A program made the translations under genes and the position numbers. A stretch of DNA of 64,000 bases from Entomortierella parvispora E1425. Its lineage: Eukaryota > Fungi > Mortierellomycota. This document shows positions 37,465 through 50,100 of this stretch, one piece after another. The stretch is from positions 372,001-436,000 of the forward strand of contig BQFW01000006.1 of assembly GCA_020891255.1 (NCBI GenBank), read 5' to 3'. Under the pieces are notes generated by a model that was given only the letters and a program-made list of their open reading frames with translations, had not been told where the DNA came from and made no database searches. Numbering within the stretch: position 1 is the stretch's first letter; every line of letters starts with the position of its first letter.

Positions 37465-37630
37465 CCCATCAATTGACCGAGCCAAGATGACAAGGAGATG
37501 GAGTCACTGCTTGCATCTGATGACCCTGCACAACCAAACATTTACAGCCGGCCGGGCCATTTAACATCGCACGAGCCCAGGTCCCATTCATTCATTCTTC
37601 TTTAGTTAGTATTATTATTGTCATAAAATA

Positions 37631-40600
37631 TCATTCAGCTACAACATGGTCGTTGGCCTCGACTTCCTCCATATCCACAGTATCGTAGCTATCGCTTTTT
37701 CTGAGAAAACATGCTATAGCACTCTCTGCCATTTTGTGCGCGCCAACAGTTTGAAGGTCAACTACCACGGATGGAGAAGGCCGAGTGTCTTGCTTGGATG
37801 CCCAAAGGATTCCACAGAACTGGAGATTGTCTCTGACAAGCTCAACATCCTCTTTCGTGGATGGTTTTTTGTGAGCAGTGCTGTTGTACTTGGTTTCTAT
37901 CTCCCGTTCGAAATTACGTGCAATGGTTTGAAATATCTCGACGTTTGTTGAGATTTGTTCGCGAAGATAGTCCCAGCTTGCGTTTGGCCCTTTCGCTGCA
38001 TGAGTGGCTTTGAGGAGGAAGTTGATGATTTCTTGGTACATGTCCGTTGGCATCCATGCTTGAGGAATGCCTTTAGGGTTCACCAGCATGCTTGAAAGGA
38101 CCCTGTGTTCCCATTCACGCGTCCACAGGTGGCGCATGCCGTGGAGAAATCGTAGTAGCTCAAGGGCATATTTGGAATTGCCTCCGCCGTGCATCATCAA
38201 TGCCACGGTTGGTAGCACACATCTTATCCGCCCAAGATCGCCAGCCTTAATAGCAGCAGAGAGTTCGATGAAAACGATCATGTCTCGGAGGAAGAGAAGA
38301 GCATTGATATCTGCTGGAGTGCAGGGCCGGCCATTGAGCAAGGGATTGGCATGCTGCAGACTAGCTATGGCGTAAATGACAAGATCAACGAATCTTGTCA
38401 TGTCAGACTCCACTGAGGTATGAAGATCTTCCCAGAGTACCATTGACATTGCGTCGAAAACAATCTTCAGCAGTTCACTGGTTGGCTTGTACTCCGGTTT
38501 ATCCGTGTTAAAGCCTTTACTGGCCAATAGGGAAATGAATGATGCAAGTGAGCCTGGGGTATTGGCATCGGCGCCAAGATGTGTCTTGTAGATCGTGGAG
38601 CAAAGTGTCATTTGGAGATGGAAGAGCTGAAACGTAGGATGTACCCAACCAAGACTGCCGAATGGATCCGACTCAACCATGCGGTGTACCTTGAGAGATA
38701 AAAGTCTAGAGACAGTCATCTGATCACCGGCCACTATGATGTCCCTGGTGGTCTTGCTGAACCATTCATCGCTTAAGCCGAGATCTATCTTTGTTATGTT
38801 TTCCAGCACTGCGAGATTTCCGGCAATAGTCGACTCATCGATCTTCATGGTTGGCAATGGAAAAGTTTTCGTCTTAACAACCTTCAGTACGTCAATGGCC
38901 GGCATGGGAATCACGCAAACACTGGGTGATCGAGGCAAAAACTGCGAAATGGCAGTCGACAGATGTGTGCGGCAGGCAGCCCTAGTCATGGTGCGGTCGG
39001 TGCTTGTGGGGAAAAAAATGCTGGCGCTTGGCTCTGGCCTGTCCACTCTGAAGCAAACCATTGGGGATGATCGAGGTATTTCAGCACTCCTGGAGCTCCC
39101 GAGATTTGAGCTGTCGGGAATCAGAATCACGGTAGCAGCTGTGCCGTTGTCGAACGTGTCTCTTTTTCCTACTCTCTGGTGATGGTGCCTTGTGGCAATG
39201 TTGATGTTGTCGTATACAATGTAAAAGTCGTTGTTGAGGACTGCCACCTTCACCCTCTCCTGTGCGTCTTTGGTCAAGGCCTTCAATGCCCTGTGAATCT
39301 GATCATATGACACGCAAAGTCCAAGAGCCGACAAAGTCTCTAAAACTCGTCTGGGAGCTCCCAGGCAGTGAAGATAGATGCCCATTACCATCTGAAAAGC
39401 ATTGCATTGCTGGGATCTCAAGAACATGAGCATAGCAGAGATGCAGCCACGAACAGAGCTGGGTTTTTCGACCGCGCCTGCGAGCAGGTGTAGCGCTTCC
39501 CACAGTTTCTTCATCATTGTTGCCGATGTTGTCACTGCCGTTGTTGACGGTGTTATCGCCGTTGCTGTCGATGTCGTTGTCGCCGCTATTGTCGCTGTTG
39601 TCGCTGTTGCTCTCGGTGTCGTTCTCACTGTCGTTGCCGTTGTTGTTGCCTTCGTTTACTCTGGTGCTACCATCGCCACTGTTCGTACCATTTCCCTTGC
39701 TAAGCATGCCGTCCAAAAGTCGTGTCAAAAAAGAAGCTTCGCCGGCGTAAGAGTCGAGAAACCCGTTCCTGAGGATCTTATCGATATTTTCCTCCGACAT
39801 TCTATTGTGCGGGAATCGGTAGGCTGGGTGTGGGCCATCGTCACCTACGACGCCGTTCTTGAGGCGATCAAGCTCCCGTTTAGTCCTTGAGACAACGACG
39901 TCTACAGCGCTGTTCACAAATGGGGCATCCCATTCTTTGATCTTGCGTAACTTTTGGCTCCAAATTTTGATAACGCGACGAGGACCGTCTTTGTGATAGA
40001 ATTGATGAGTCCAGCGCTTGATGTTTTCATCTTGAGAGTTAAACAGCTTCTCGAAGAAGGCGGGAAGTGAAAGCTGTTGTTCCCTGATGTAGTTAAGAAT
40101 CATTGCAACTTTGTGGGTAGAGGAATGCTAAAAAGAAAAATAATTGTTAGACGCCTGTGGGAGTGACATATTGCTGGTTTCTTTGGACAACCGGTCTTCA
40201 CATACATGCGGCTTCCTTGTTGATCCGGGCATTCGATCCTCTCCATTGGTCGCTCTGAGTGTGGGGGAATCGGGCATGCACATCTATACGTAATTCGTAA
40301 TTCACTTGAGAGGTAATTCATAAATTACGATAAGGATGTTTTCGAAACCATGTGCTGAATTTACCTGCAGTGTCGATGAGTTGAACTGCTCCTCCATGTC
40401 GGCCGTTAAAGTCCTAATCCTATCACTGAATTTCACTGCATGTTAGAAATTTGCGTAAACCTGGGGGCAACTAAAGTTGCGACAGGGTAGGCAGGTTGGG
40501 GTATCTCATGCTTACGCGAACTGAGGGGTGCTCAGATTCCTAGATCGTCGCGAGTTTTTTCTTGTGGGGGTCCTCATGTAATCGTTCCCAGAAACCCATA

Positions 40601-41429
40601 TCATCGGCGTCTCTGTTCGATTACTTCCTAATCTCCGAAGCCAGAATGGGCTATCGAATGGCTCTCCATCAGTGTTGTCACAGAAAGGATCGAGCAGAGA
40701 CTCCTCTGACGCATGCTTGGGTCGCGGTGATTCATCTCCAATGCTGGGTCGCGGCGACTCTTTTCCAATGTTGGGTGGCGTCGAATTTTTTCCAATGTTG
40801 AATTGCGTTGATCCTCCAATGTACGCAGCCTGAGAAGTCGGAGAAAGAGCCTGTGCCTCCATGACAAAGGGTAAAGGTTGGGCCATATCGGTAGCACCAG
40901 AACCATTGGTAGTTCCCTAATCGATATGAATGGGAGGAGGTGGATACATCTGTTAGAAAAGAAAACGCGAGCAGCACATATTTTTTAACGATTTTTTTCA
41001 TACTTGGTTGGCCACAATTGGTGACTGTATGAATCTTGGCGTTTGTAAGGTTTGTGAGGTGCGCGGGGTTCGTGGAGTTCGTGGTGCTCGTGGTGCTCGT
41101 GGGGTTTGTGTTGTTTGCGGGGTTCGCGGAGGAGCACCTGGGGAATCAAGACGAAATCGTCCCTCACCCTATTGTAAATCACAGAGTTAGAAGAGGCCAC
41201 ACCAGGAAGAGGCCACCAGGCACCACATCAAGCTACTCACCTTGGTGCTACGCGATCTTCTCGGCGTTCCCGGGATATCTTGATCAGATTTGCTAAGAGC
41301 ATCATGACTACAACAGAAAATATGAAGAGATGAAGAAAATGAGCAGATGGACGCGTGGGCGACTCTGAGCATCATGGACACCCGAGACGCGTCTCCTCAC
41401 CTCTGCTCGATTGGTCTTTTGCTTGCCAT
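37631..41429 (-). CDS. AcademH transposase (DUF6589-like); 7 exons, the first 3.5 inside the right TIR; one +1 frameshift in an A5 run (39464-39468)
   Basis: Exons 41429-41401, 41307-41241, 41168-41004, 40916-40516, 40425-40365, 40283-40206 and 40127-37631 are phase-consistent; motifs YDNINI, IDESTIAGN, AGDQMT, LFHLQM, GNSKYALE, PTDMYQE. Confidence 0.78.
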
Positions 41430-41790
41430 CTTTGTCATTTAATCAGATGAAGGGTATAAAGAAGAGGTGGCAGGAGCTGAATGCAAGATCGGAACGCGGG
41501 GTTTATGAAAGAAAGTGGTGGCATTGAAAATGAAAAAATGGAAGAAATTAACCCCATTCAAGCCGGGCGACGAGCGATGGCATGGCTGCATGGCTGGCAT
41601 TACTCTCACTATTTTATTATTATTAGAGTGAATTTATTTAAAGTTTTTAAATTACACTATTTATCAGAGAATTTTTTTTCCTTTTTTGGACGAAAAAATT
41701 ATTTTGGGTCATCCATAGGAAAGGGTGAGATTTGCGCCCAGCCCCTCTGAAGTGAAGGAGTGAGCAAAGAGGGGCTGGGTTCAGAGCTTC
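40772..41790 (-). repeat. Right terminal inverted repeat (1019 bp)
   Basis: Reverse complement of 34198-35216. Confidence 0.95.
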
Positions 41791-42035
41791 CCCAAAAGGC
41801 AAAGCAGCAAAAGCTCCCTTGCTCTCTTTTTCAGTCGCCCTGCCCCTGTTTTTTCACACTCTCGCCCGCTCCTTCCTTTCACTCTTTCTTTCCCCTCTTC
41901 TCTCGCACACCCCTCCACGTGGAAAAGCCCTCACTCCCATTCCCACCACCCTCATCTACCTTGGTCTATCACCTCCACTCTTACCTTCTCACTCTCGTTC
42001 ACTCTCGCCCATCTCTCGCCCATCGTTGCGTCCCT

Positions 42036-44643
42036 ATGGCCGACCGCACGGCGCCCGTCGTGCTTCTCAATGACAAGGAGAAGCACTGGCTCGACGGTGC
42101 CATCAAAGACAAGCTGCTGCGCCTGATTGACTTCAATGACATCCATCACCTCGAGTGGAGCGTCGCTAGCGGCGGGTTTGGTGTCATCCATTCGGGTCGC
42201 TGGCGCGGCATGCGCGTAGCTGTCAAAGTTCTCTACAACCCGGCCGACTTTATTCAGGAGGTAACGACATCTCACGCCGTCTTTTTTTTTTTTGTGTTTG
42301 CACGGCTCTTTGGGCACAGGATATAGAACATTAATAATTCTCTCTTCTTGGGTATGCACTATAGGTCGGGATACACAAGCTGGTTCAGGACTCTGAAAAC
42401 ATTGTAAAGTTCTACGGCATCACGAGGATGAAACAGAGCGGTGACTACGGAATGGTGCTTCAGTTTGCAGGCAAGGGCAGTCTACGCGACTACCTCTCTC
42501 GACACTTCAACTCACTGGACTGGGTCCACAAAATGCGGCTCGCACGAGATGTGGCCGCTGGTATCAGCTTCATTCACGAGGACAATATCTGCCACCATGA
42601 CCTCCATTCAAGAAACGTACTCATTGACCAGAGCGGAAGAGCATTGATCACCGACTTCGGTCTGTCGCGTTACGTCAACAAGGCCAATTCCAACAATGGC
42701 GTGCGTGGAGTGGTCCCCTATATCTCTCCAGAACGACTCAAGAACTCTCCGTTCGACCACAGCTCAGATGTCTACAGTCTTGGCGTCATTATGTGGGAGT
42801 TGTCCTCGGGCAGCCCACCTTTTGACCAGGATGGAGAGAATTTCTTACTGCCTTTTCAAATCATGAGAGGTCGACGAGAAGAAATCATGCCAGGAACCCC
42901 GGTGGAATATTCGGACCTGTACCAGCAATGCTGGGACGGTGAGCCGTTGAAGAGACCCTCACTTGCAAATATCTTAAAAACCTTGGACTCGATGCTCACT
43001 GGCTTCAACGAGGACCGGGTAGAAGAACTGGGGAGAGTCCACGTCAGTACTCCTGGCAACCTACAAGCGACGCGCTCAATGCCTACTCGAACCCATACAA
43101 TTCTTGTGGAACCGGAGGAGCCTTTAGGAAAATCTGCCCCTATCAGTGGGCTGCCAGGACATCCCTCCGGTCGACTTGCCACCGGTAGTGCAAGTCAGGT
43201 TGTTACCAATGTTGGCCGTTTGAATCCCAGGCATCCAGTTTCAAGGCAGCATAACTTTTCCACAGTAATGAACCCTCTGGATGGGAATGCTCTTGGAGAC
43301 CAGATCAACAATCTCAAGATCACGGAAGGTACGTTTAACTGCAAATTGCGACTTGCAAAAGTGGGACATACGAAATATCTTTCCTAACTTGGGCTACGCT
43401 GTTTAGATAAACCATCGGACTACTTGACTCCAGGGCCTGTGACGCCCACAAACACGCCACTGTGGTTAAGAAGTGGTCGGCGGCAGGATGGACCCGGCTA
43501 TGGGGGCTGTGCTGGGCTACCTCCTTCGCCTAAGCCGACTGTTGTGCGTGTGCACCAGTCTGATGTGCAATTGGAAGAGATGAGGGGAGCAACAGGACCC
43601 GTCTGCAGAGGAGTACCTGTGGCGCAGCCCCCAGCTCACCAATTTCAGCATCATCAGCACCCAAACCAACAACAGCGGACTCCTTATCCAGTGCAGCAAG
43701 AGGTTTCTCCAGTGGTGACAAATTCTACAAAGCCAAAATCGGACTCGATAACCAACTCCACCAAAAACAACCGAGGTGACTGGAAGCCAAAGAACGGCAA
43801 GACGAACATCAGGGACTTTTTCACTGCTTGTCGTCAGGGCAACTTGGAGGCCGTCCATTGGCACCTGATGCAAGGTGCCAGTGTCATGGAGCCTTATGAC
43901 AGCATGTCTGGGAGGACCCCACTTCATGCTGCAGCTATGAGTGACAGCTTTGAAGTAATGAAATTGCTTTGTGAATCTGCAGGACCTTCACTGAATATGA
44001 ACGAGCTGGATGATAGTTCACAGACCCCCCTTCATCTCTTGACTCAGTATGGTCGAGATTCGTACGAGTTGTTGGTGTATATGTTGGAAAAGGGTGCCGA
44101 CCCCAATGCGCAGGACAGCGAACGTAGGACTCCTTTGATGACGACCTTTATTTTGAATGATAACGCGCAAATGGTGGAAACTCTTCTGGATTATGGTGCC
44201 GATCCAAACATTCGATGCCAAGAAAACAATGCGCTAGCTGAGGCAGCCATCCGAGTACGATTCCAGTGTGTTAAGGTGTTGCTGGAAACAGATTTGAGGT
44301 ATTTTTTTTTTTTTTTTGCCTTTTTTCATACGTGAATCGTTCGCATTGTTCTGTGAGAGATGACTAACAATGTCTCTATGTATTTTTTTATATTTCTGCA
44401 CGCAGTATGTCCGAACAATCGTCTTTGGAGCATGCCATGGATGTGTGCTACCGCGTTACGGAGACAGTGAACAGAAATCAGGTCTTGAGTCTGTTAGTCC
44501 GCTGGAGACATGCGGAAGGTATCCAGAAACGACAAACGTTGGCACGAATGATCCTGAACGGATCTTTGCAGCTCGGTGAGCGTCGTATCGACCAACGACG
44601 GATTGCACGACAAGTCCTGACCAACGCAGGAAATAGCCATTAA
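42036..44643 (+). CDS. Tyrosine-kinase-like (TKL) protein kinase with C-terminal ankyrin repeats; 4 exons
   Basis: ASGGFG, VAVK, HHDLHSRN, DFGLS, GVVPYISPE, SDVYSLG; ankyrin motifs GRTPLHAAA, QTPLHLL, GADPNAQDSERRTPLM; GT-AG introns near 42261, 43329 and 44299. Confidence 0.88.
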
Positions 44644-44706
44644 TGAAGTAATGAAGTTAATACATGTTTATGCTTGTTATCATGATTGGAAAGTAACCTA
44701 GTTCAT

Positions 44707-44915
44707 TGCAATAGTAAAGGCGAAGGGAAGAGCACGAAGATTGAATGATGTTTATTGATATGAAGTCTGGGGTATTTATACTAAAGGTTGTGGTGGTGGC
44801 AATGGTGGCAATGGTGGCAATGGTGGCAATGGTGGCAGTGGCTGTAGTTGACCCTTTGCTTGTGGCTTTGCTGTGAGTGAAGGCGCTGCACGGTCAGTCT
44901 GATTTGACTGTTGCA
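44707..44915 (-). mobile_element. Putative solo LTR 'G' (209 bp), termini TGCAACAG...CTATTGCA
   Basis: 5-bp inverted termini similar to those of element F (TGTAACAG...CTATTGCA); internal TATAAATA and AATAAA on the minus strand; ATTGCCACC tandem repeat; no TSD found. Confidence 0.45.
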
Positions 44916-45114
44916 CGAGGGTCGAAAGGTATCAACGTGGAAGACGTCATGGATTTTGTAGAATGGTGGCAGCTCGACGCGGAAGGTGACAGGTGAGTGT
45001 TGCTCCAAAAGTGTGAACGGGCCAAGGAATTGAGGTCGAAGTTTATCGGCTGGTCTGATACTGTCGGCAGGGATGGTGATATTGGTGGCACGCAGCAGGA
45101 CCTTATCGCCAACC

Positions 45115-46614
45115 TGTCACGGTCGGACAAGGCAGGAACAAGAGAAAGAGGGAAGGTATGGTTTATTGGGAATTGTGAATTGCAGACTGGGGAATACAGC
45201 TATGAATCAAGGGGGTTTTTATACTAGAGAGAGGTGCGGGCCTGGACCTAGTCTGCGTTGTGTCAGGGAGGGCGCCGGGAAGTATAATCATAAGCTCGAC
45301 CTATGAGTTGGGTCGTAGATGGCGACAACGGTGATGAAGGAGGAGATGGAGGTCCAAATGGGTGCAGCCGACGGATATATATCAATGATAGATAGAACAT
45401 CCGAAGTCTAGACCCTGGAGGACTCCAATGGGTTTGACCCTAGATCCTAGGTTCGGATCCTATATCAAGCAAGACGCGTTCCGACAATGGGTGGAATGGA
45501 GTGACCAATTGGTGCCCAGCACGGCACGGCACGTGACAGATCGCGGCTGATATCTGACGGTGTGATGTTGTCTAAAGTAAGTATAGTCTAACGTCAGCAA
45601 AGGCTGGAGGTGAAAATGATAACGAAAAGAATAATAACGAACAAAGCTCGCTGCTTACATATGATAGGGACTTTGCTCTCTGTGCCACAAGGATCAAGCA
45701 CAGCACTGCTATATGATCAGATACAATCTCGAGAGAATGAACTGGATAGACAGGAGGAGGAGAATGAGCAACAGGATCACGATATAAGCAGGAACGAAAC
45801 TGAAAGGAGACTAATAAGGACATACCAATGAGCTAAGCACGTCCTAATGGTAACCAAACAGGAGAATAAACAACTACGGAGGCGAACACTAGGTACTATA
45901 CTAACTAATAACAACAACAAGGGAGGATTGAAGGGATCTAATCAGTAAGAGCACGGCCAGAAATATTCTATCCAGGGAAAGGGGACAAGGCCGCCTAACT
46001 GAGGGTTCAGGAGGGACTCGAGGGAAGGCGACGAGAAGATAAGGGAGGTTCCCAAGCACCAGTTAAGGCCTCAGGATGCCCAAGCGCCAGTTAAGGCCTC
46101 AGGATGGGATGCCAAGATCGTACAAGTCCACTCAAAAGAGACAAGACATTGTTGGTACCTCGTAAGTGAGCAAGGACACGGAGAACTGGTTGGCCGAGGT
46201 TCTTGACGGGACTCGTCGAGGACGGGGTAGATCGTAACTTGTGAGTGTACAAGGTCGATCAACAGAACGCAATAGGTCTGTGATATCCAAAGGTAAGGGG
46301 GGGGAGGAGGTTTAGACTAGCTACTAATAGTCTCAGCAATCGGAATTAAGGCGTCGAGCTTGCTGCTGCTGCAAAGGGGATATCGGGCAGGAAGGGGGGG
46401 GATGTATGTTTGTGTTCTGAAGGGTTCAACAAAAGTGTACTGGCAGGAATCGTAAAGGAAAAAGGCAACCAGGAGCAAAATGGATTTTGCTCCCTTCTTT
46501 ATAGAAAAAAAAACTGAAACTAAACAAAATAATAAATGCTACTGAAAATATATCTCTACTCCGATGGATGTGGACCGGGACTCCACATCTACTACACCAC
46601 AACGGTTCGTGACA
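45115..46614. mobile_element. Solo LTR 'A' (about 455 bp once B is removed), TGTCACG...CGTGACA, with 5-bp TSD CAACC
   Basis: 7-bp inverted termini; CAACC at 45110-45114 and 46615-46619; the empty site is visible in element F at ~51326-51330. Confidence 0.85.
45561..46601. mobile_element. Solo LTR 'B', copy 1 (1041 bp), inserted in LTR A with 4-bp TSD ACGG
   Basis: TGTGATG...CACCACA termini; ACGG at 45557-45560 and 46602-46605; near-identical to 56899-57965. Confidence 0.85.
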
Positions 46615-46688
46615 CAACCTTGTACTTGTGATCCCGTCGTCGCTTGTTTGCCTGTTGCTCCTGATGATCCTGAGCACGCTGCAGAGCA

Positions 46689-46839
46689 TGAAAAGTATAT
46701 GGCACACGGAGTCAGTGAGAATAAGAGAGGGATCTCTGTTTTATTGAACCGGTCAGGATATTATCCTGACCGTTGCCTCCGTGACTGTGCCTTGCTGCCA
46801 GCAGCATCATTTGCCGCTGCGCCACCAAATTATGCGACA
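46689..46839 (-). repeat. 3' LTR of element E (151 bp, TGTCGCA...TTTTCA)
   Basis: Follows a purine tract on the minus strand, contains AATAAA, and ends exactly where F' integrase sequence resumes. Confidence 0.7.
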
Positions 46840-47150
46840 GAACTTCCCCTCCCATGGAGAGCGAAGCGCGGGTTGACACTACTGGTCAGTGAGAGGGTAA
46901 AAAATAAAACCTCTATGAAAATGTTATGGTTGAGGAAAAGTGAAAAACCTCTTGTCTTTGAGGAAAACCATGTGGTAAAAAACCTCTTTGCCTGTTAGGT
47001 CTTCTTTGCGTAGTAGCGTTTTAGTTCCTCGTTCTCGTTTGGTATCTCTTCGATCTTTGATCCTGTGGTCGCTTATTTTCTTTGAGAAGTTGCCAGTATT
47101 CTCTGATACATTGTTTTTCAATAAAGTTTTCTTCAGGTTCCCAAGTGTAG

Positions 47151-50100
47151 TCATCTTTGGAGTAGCCAGCCCATTTTGCTTTGTATTCCCACTCCCCCCT
47201 TTCGAGAAGGATGAGGACGGTGGTCGAGAATGTACTCGATCTCGAATATAGGCAGCGTATTTAAATCCTCGAGTACGAGTTTGAGCTGGGATGGGGCATA
47301 GTTGCGACTGAGCGACTCGCCTGTACCATCTCTGAGCTCATAAGATCCACCGGTCGTGCGGCGCACTACTGTGTACGGGCCTTCATACCGTGGCGTAAGT
47401 TTATTACCGCGGATGGGATCAAGTGTCATGACTTTTGCGCCATCAGGGAATTCATTATGCAGAACTGTGGCATTGAATCGGGCGATCATTTTCTTTTGAG
47501 TCTCTTCTGATTTCTTGTCAATCGCTGGAAAGACAATTTCAGTCATGTATGCGAGACGATCACAGAGCTGCTTGTGGGTCATGACGTTCTTGGTAGATTT
47601 GGAGTAATTTTGGAAGCCATTGGCCTTGCGAGCGAAGAAGAGAGAGAACGGTGATGAATTATGGAGAGCAACGATTCTTGTATTCATTGCAAGCTGTGCC
47701 ATGGGTACATGAAGGTCCCAAGTATCTTGTTTCTGATGATGTTCTTTCTTGAGGATGTCGACTGCGACTTTGACATGTCGTTCAGCAACGCCGTTTCCTC
47801 GAGGGTGATACGGCGTAAGTAGCCGGTGGTCAACGTTAAATTCAGAGGTCATTGCAAGCATGACTTGGTTCACAAATTCCCTGCCGTTATCGGATTGTAA
47901 AACGCGAGGAAAGCCAACGGTACAAAATATATCAAACAGGGCTTTAGCGACAGTGTTTGCTTGTTTATCAGGGAGCGCTCTTAAGAAGACGAAGCGTGTG
48001 CATACGTCGACTACGATAAGAAGGATTTCATTGCCTTTCTTTGAGAGTTTGAACGGTCCCGCTAAATCCATAGCCATATGATCTCCTGGCAGGTTTGCGT
48101 GGATAGCTTTTAATGGATGATAGCCTTTGATACTAATATTGTACTTCTGACATTCCGAGCATTTCTTAACCCAATTCAAGCAGTCATCTGTGAGATGGGG
48201 CCATGTGTATTGTTCCGCATGTATAGACCGGACCATTGCATTCGCTCCAAGGTGGCCGAGGGCGTGGGTTTTGTACAATATATCGTCCTGCTTCTTTTTG
48301 CCATGAACGACTTCTAACATTGTGTCTTTGTTTTGCATGATGTGCATGTAAGCGTTGACTATGTGCCCATGGTTGGAGTCGTAGCGAGTCTGGATGGAGG
48401 CTGGGAACAGTCTAGACAAGTGATCTGGCAACACATTCATCACTCCAGGTCGGTATTCGACCGTAAAGTCATAACTCAGGATTGTTTCATGCCAGCCAGT
48501 GAGCATGGAGTTTAACTCTTTCTGCGAGTGAATGAACGTAAGTGCTCGATGATCTGTATACAGTGTAAAGTGTCTTCCCCAGAGGTAATAGTGGAATTTC
48601 GTGAGTGCAAACACGATTCCTAGCAATTCTTTTTGTGTGGCTGAATACCGTCGTTCTCTGTCTTGTAGAGAGCGTGCCATGAAGGATATGTATCTGTTCT
48701 CCCATTTTTTCTTGGATTCATTCCTGACTTTCTGGTAAAGGACCGATGCAATGCCTACGTTGGATGCGTCAGTGGCGACGTAGAACGGCAGACCGAAGTC
48801 AGGGAAGTGCAAGATTGGTGCATGGCTTAGCAGTTTCTTGAATGTATTGAAAGCATCGAGTTCGTCTGCATTGAGTTTGAACACTTTTGTTTCATGCCTC
48901 AACTTATCCAATGGCGCTGCCAACGTACTGAACAGCGGGATGAATTCTCGAAAGAAATTAAATGTGCCCATGTAGGACTGAATTTGATTGCCTGTGGTTG
49001 GTGGAACCCACTGGTCGATATTGGCTAGCTTGGTAGGATCTACCCGTTTGCCAGCCAAGTCAATGACAAAGCCGAGAAGTACAATCTGTGTTGCGAAGAA
49101 GTGTGATTTTTCTGGGTTGATAATAAGCTTTGCTTCTGTTAGGCGTTCGATTACACACTTGACGTGCGCTGCATGCTCTTCCTTGGTCTTGGAGAAAATA
49201 ACGATGTCGTCAATGAACACCAGGACAAAGGGCAAGTCCCCCAAGATGCGTGTCATTCCGCGTTGGAATATGCTTGACAGTGGCTTAAGTCCGAATGGAG
49301 CTCGTCGGAACATATATTGAGTTCCTCGGTGCATGAATGCAGTGAGTGGTTGATGTCCTGCTTCGATAGGTAACCGGTGATATGCTTGTGTCAAATCGAG
49401 CGTTGTATAAATCATGTGGCCACCTATCTGTTGTAAGATGTCCGATATTAATGGTACTGGATGGTTGTCATCCTTTAATAATTTGTTCAGAGGACGTGGG
49501 TCTAGGCAAACCCGCCATTTCGTTTTATTGCCGAGGAGATCTTTCTTGGCCGCGAGAGTTAGCGTGTTATTGTGCCGATTGTTGGCCGGAGCAAGTGTGA
49601 TAACTCCATCTTTAAGCCATTTGTCAACTTGTTCGTCGAAAATATGCTGTTGCTGTTCAGCAAACGTCCTTGGTCTGCGATAAATTGTCGTGCCATCAGG
49701 AACATCCAAGAACACGTGCATCTCTGGTAGAGTGCAGTAGCTGTCTAGCGGTATCTGTGCGTTGTCCTTTATCGAGTCTTGGATTTCACTCATGAATTGT
49801 GCTTTGAGTTTCTTGAACTTGTCAGTCAGTTCTTCGATTGGTGTTTCCAATGGTAACACGGATGGCTTTTCATCTGGTGTTGGCGTTGGCAGAGTCTGTG
49901 CGTTTGCTCGTCCGTCTGCAATGCCTCCGATTGAGAACCCTAGTTTGTTAAACAGGTCCATGCCAATGACAAATGGGTATTGTAGGTCAAACAGTTCAAA
50001 TGAGGCGAGAAGCGAATGTTCATTGCATTCTACTTCTATATGTTCTGTTACTCCTGTTCTTGCTACATGCATTTTCTTGTGCCCGAGGAAGATGTTTCCC

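Larger units (their letters stand above)
34198..41790. mobile_element. AcademH-type DNA transposon, 7593 bp, with ~1-kb TIRs and convergent helicase and transposase genes
   Basis: Ends GAAGCTCTGAACC...GGTTCAGAGCTTC are exact inverted copies; flanked by direct repeat CCCAAAA(G) at 34191-34197/8 and 41791-41797/8; encodes a RecQ-like SF2 helicase and a DUF6589-like transposase, the pairing that defines AcademH. Confidence 0.85.
44918..46688 (-). mobile_element. Fragment F' of the element-F family (integrase C-terminal region), split by later insertions: 44918-45114 and 46615-46688
   Basis: Matches 51133-51400 of element F apart from one A in a homopolymer. Confidence 0.9.

Noticed and set aside
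41760-42035. N-terminal extension of the kinase ORF (41760-42326)
   Set aside because: It starts at GTG inside the AcademH TIR and crosses the TSD into a CT-rich leader; the kinase-like sequence begins at ATG 42036
45572-46262. ORFs repeated in both B copies (also 56910-57628)
   Set aside because: Short chance ORFs inside LTR sequence; the repetition reflects the LTR duplication
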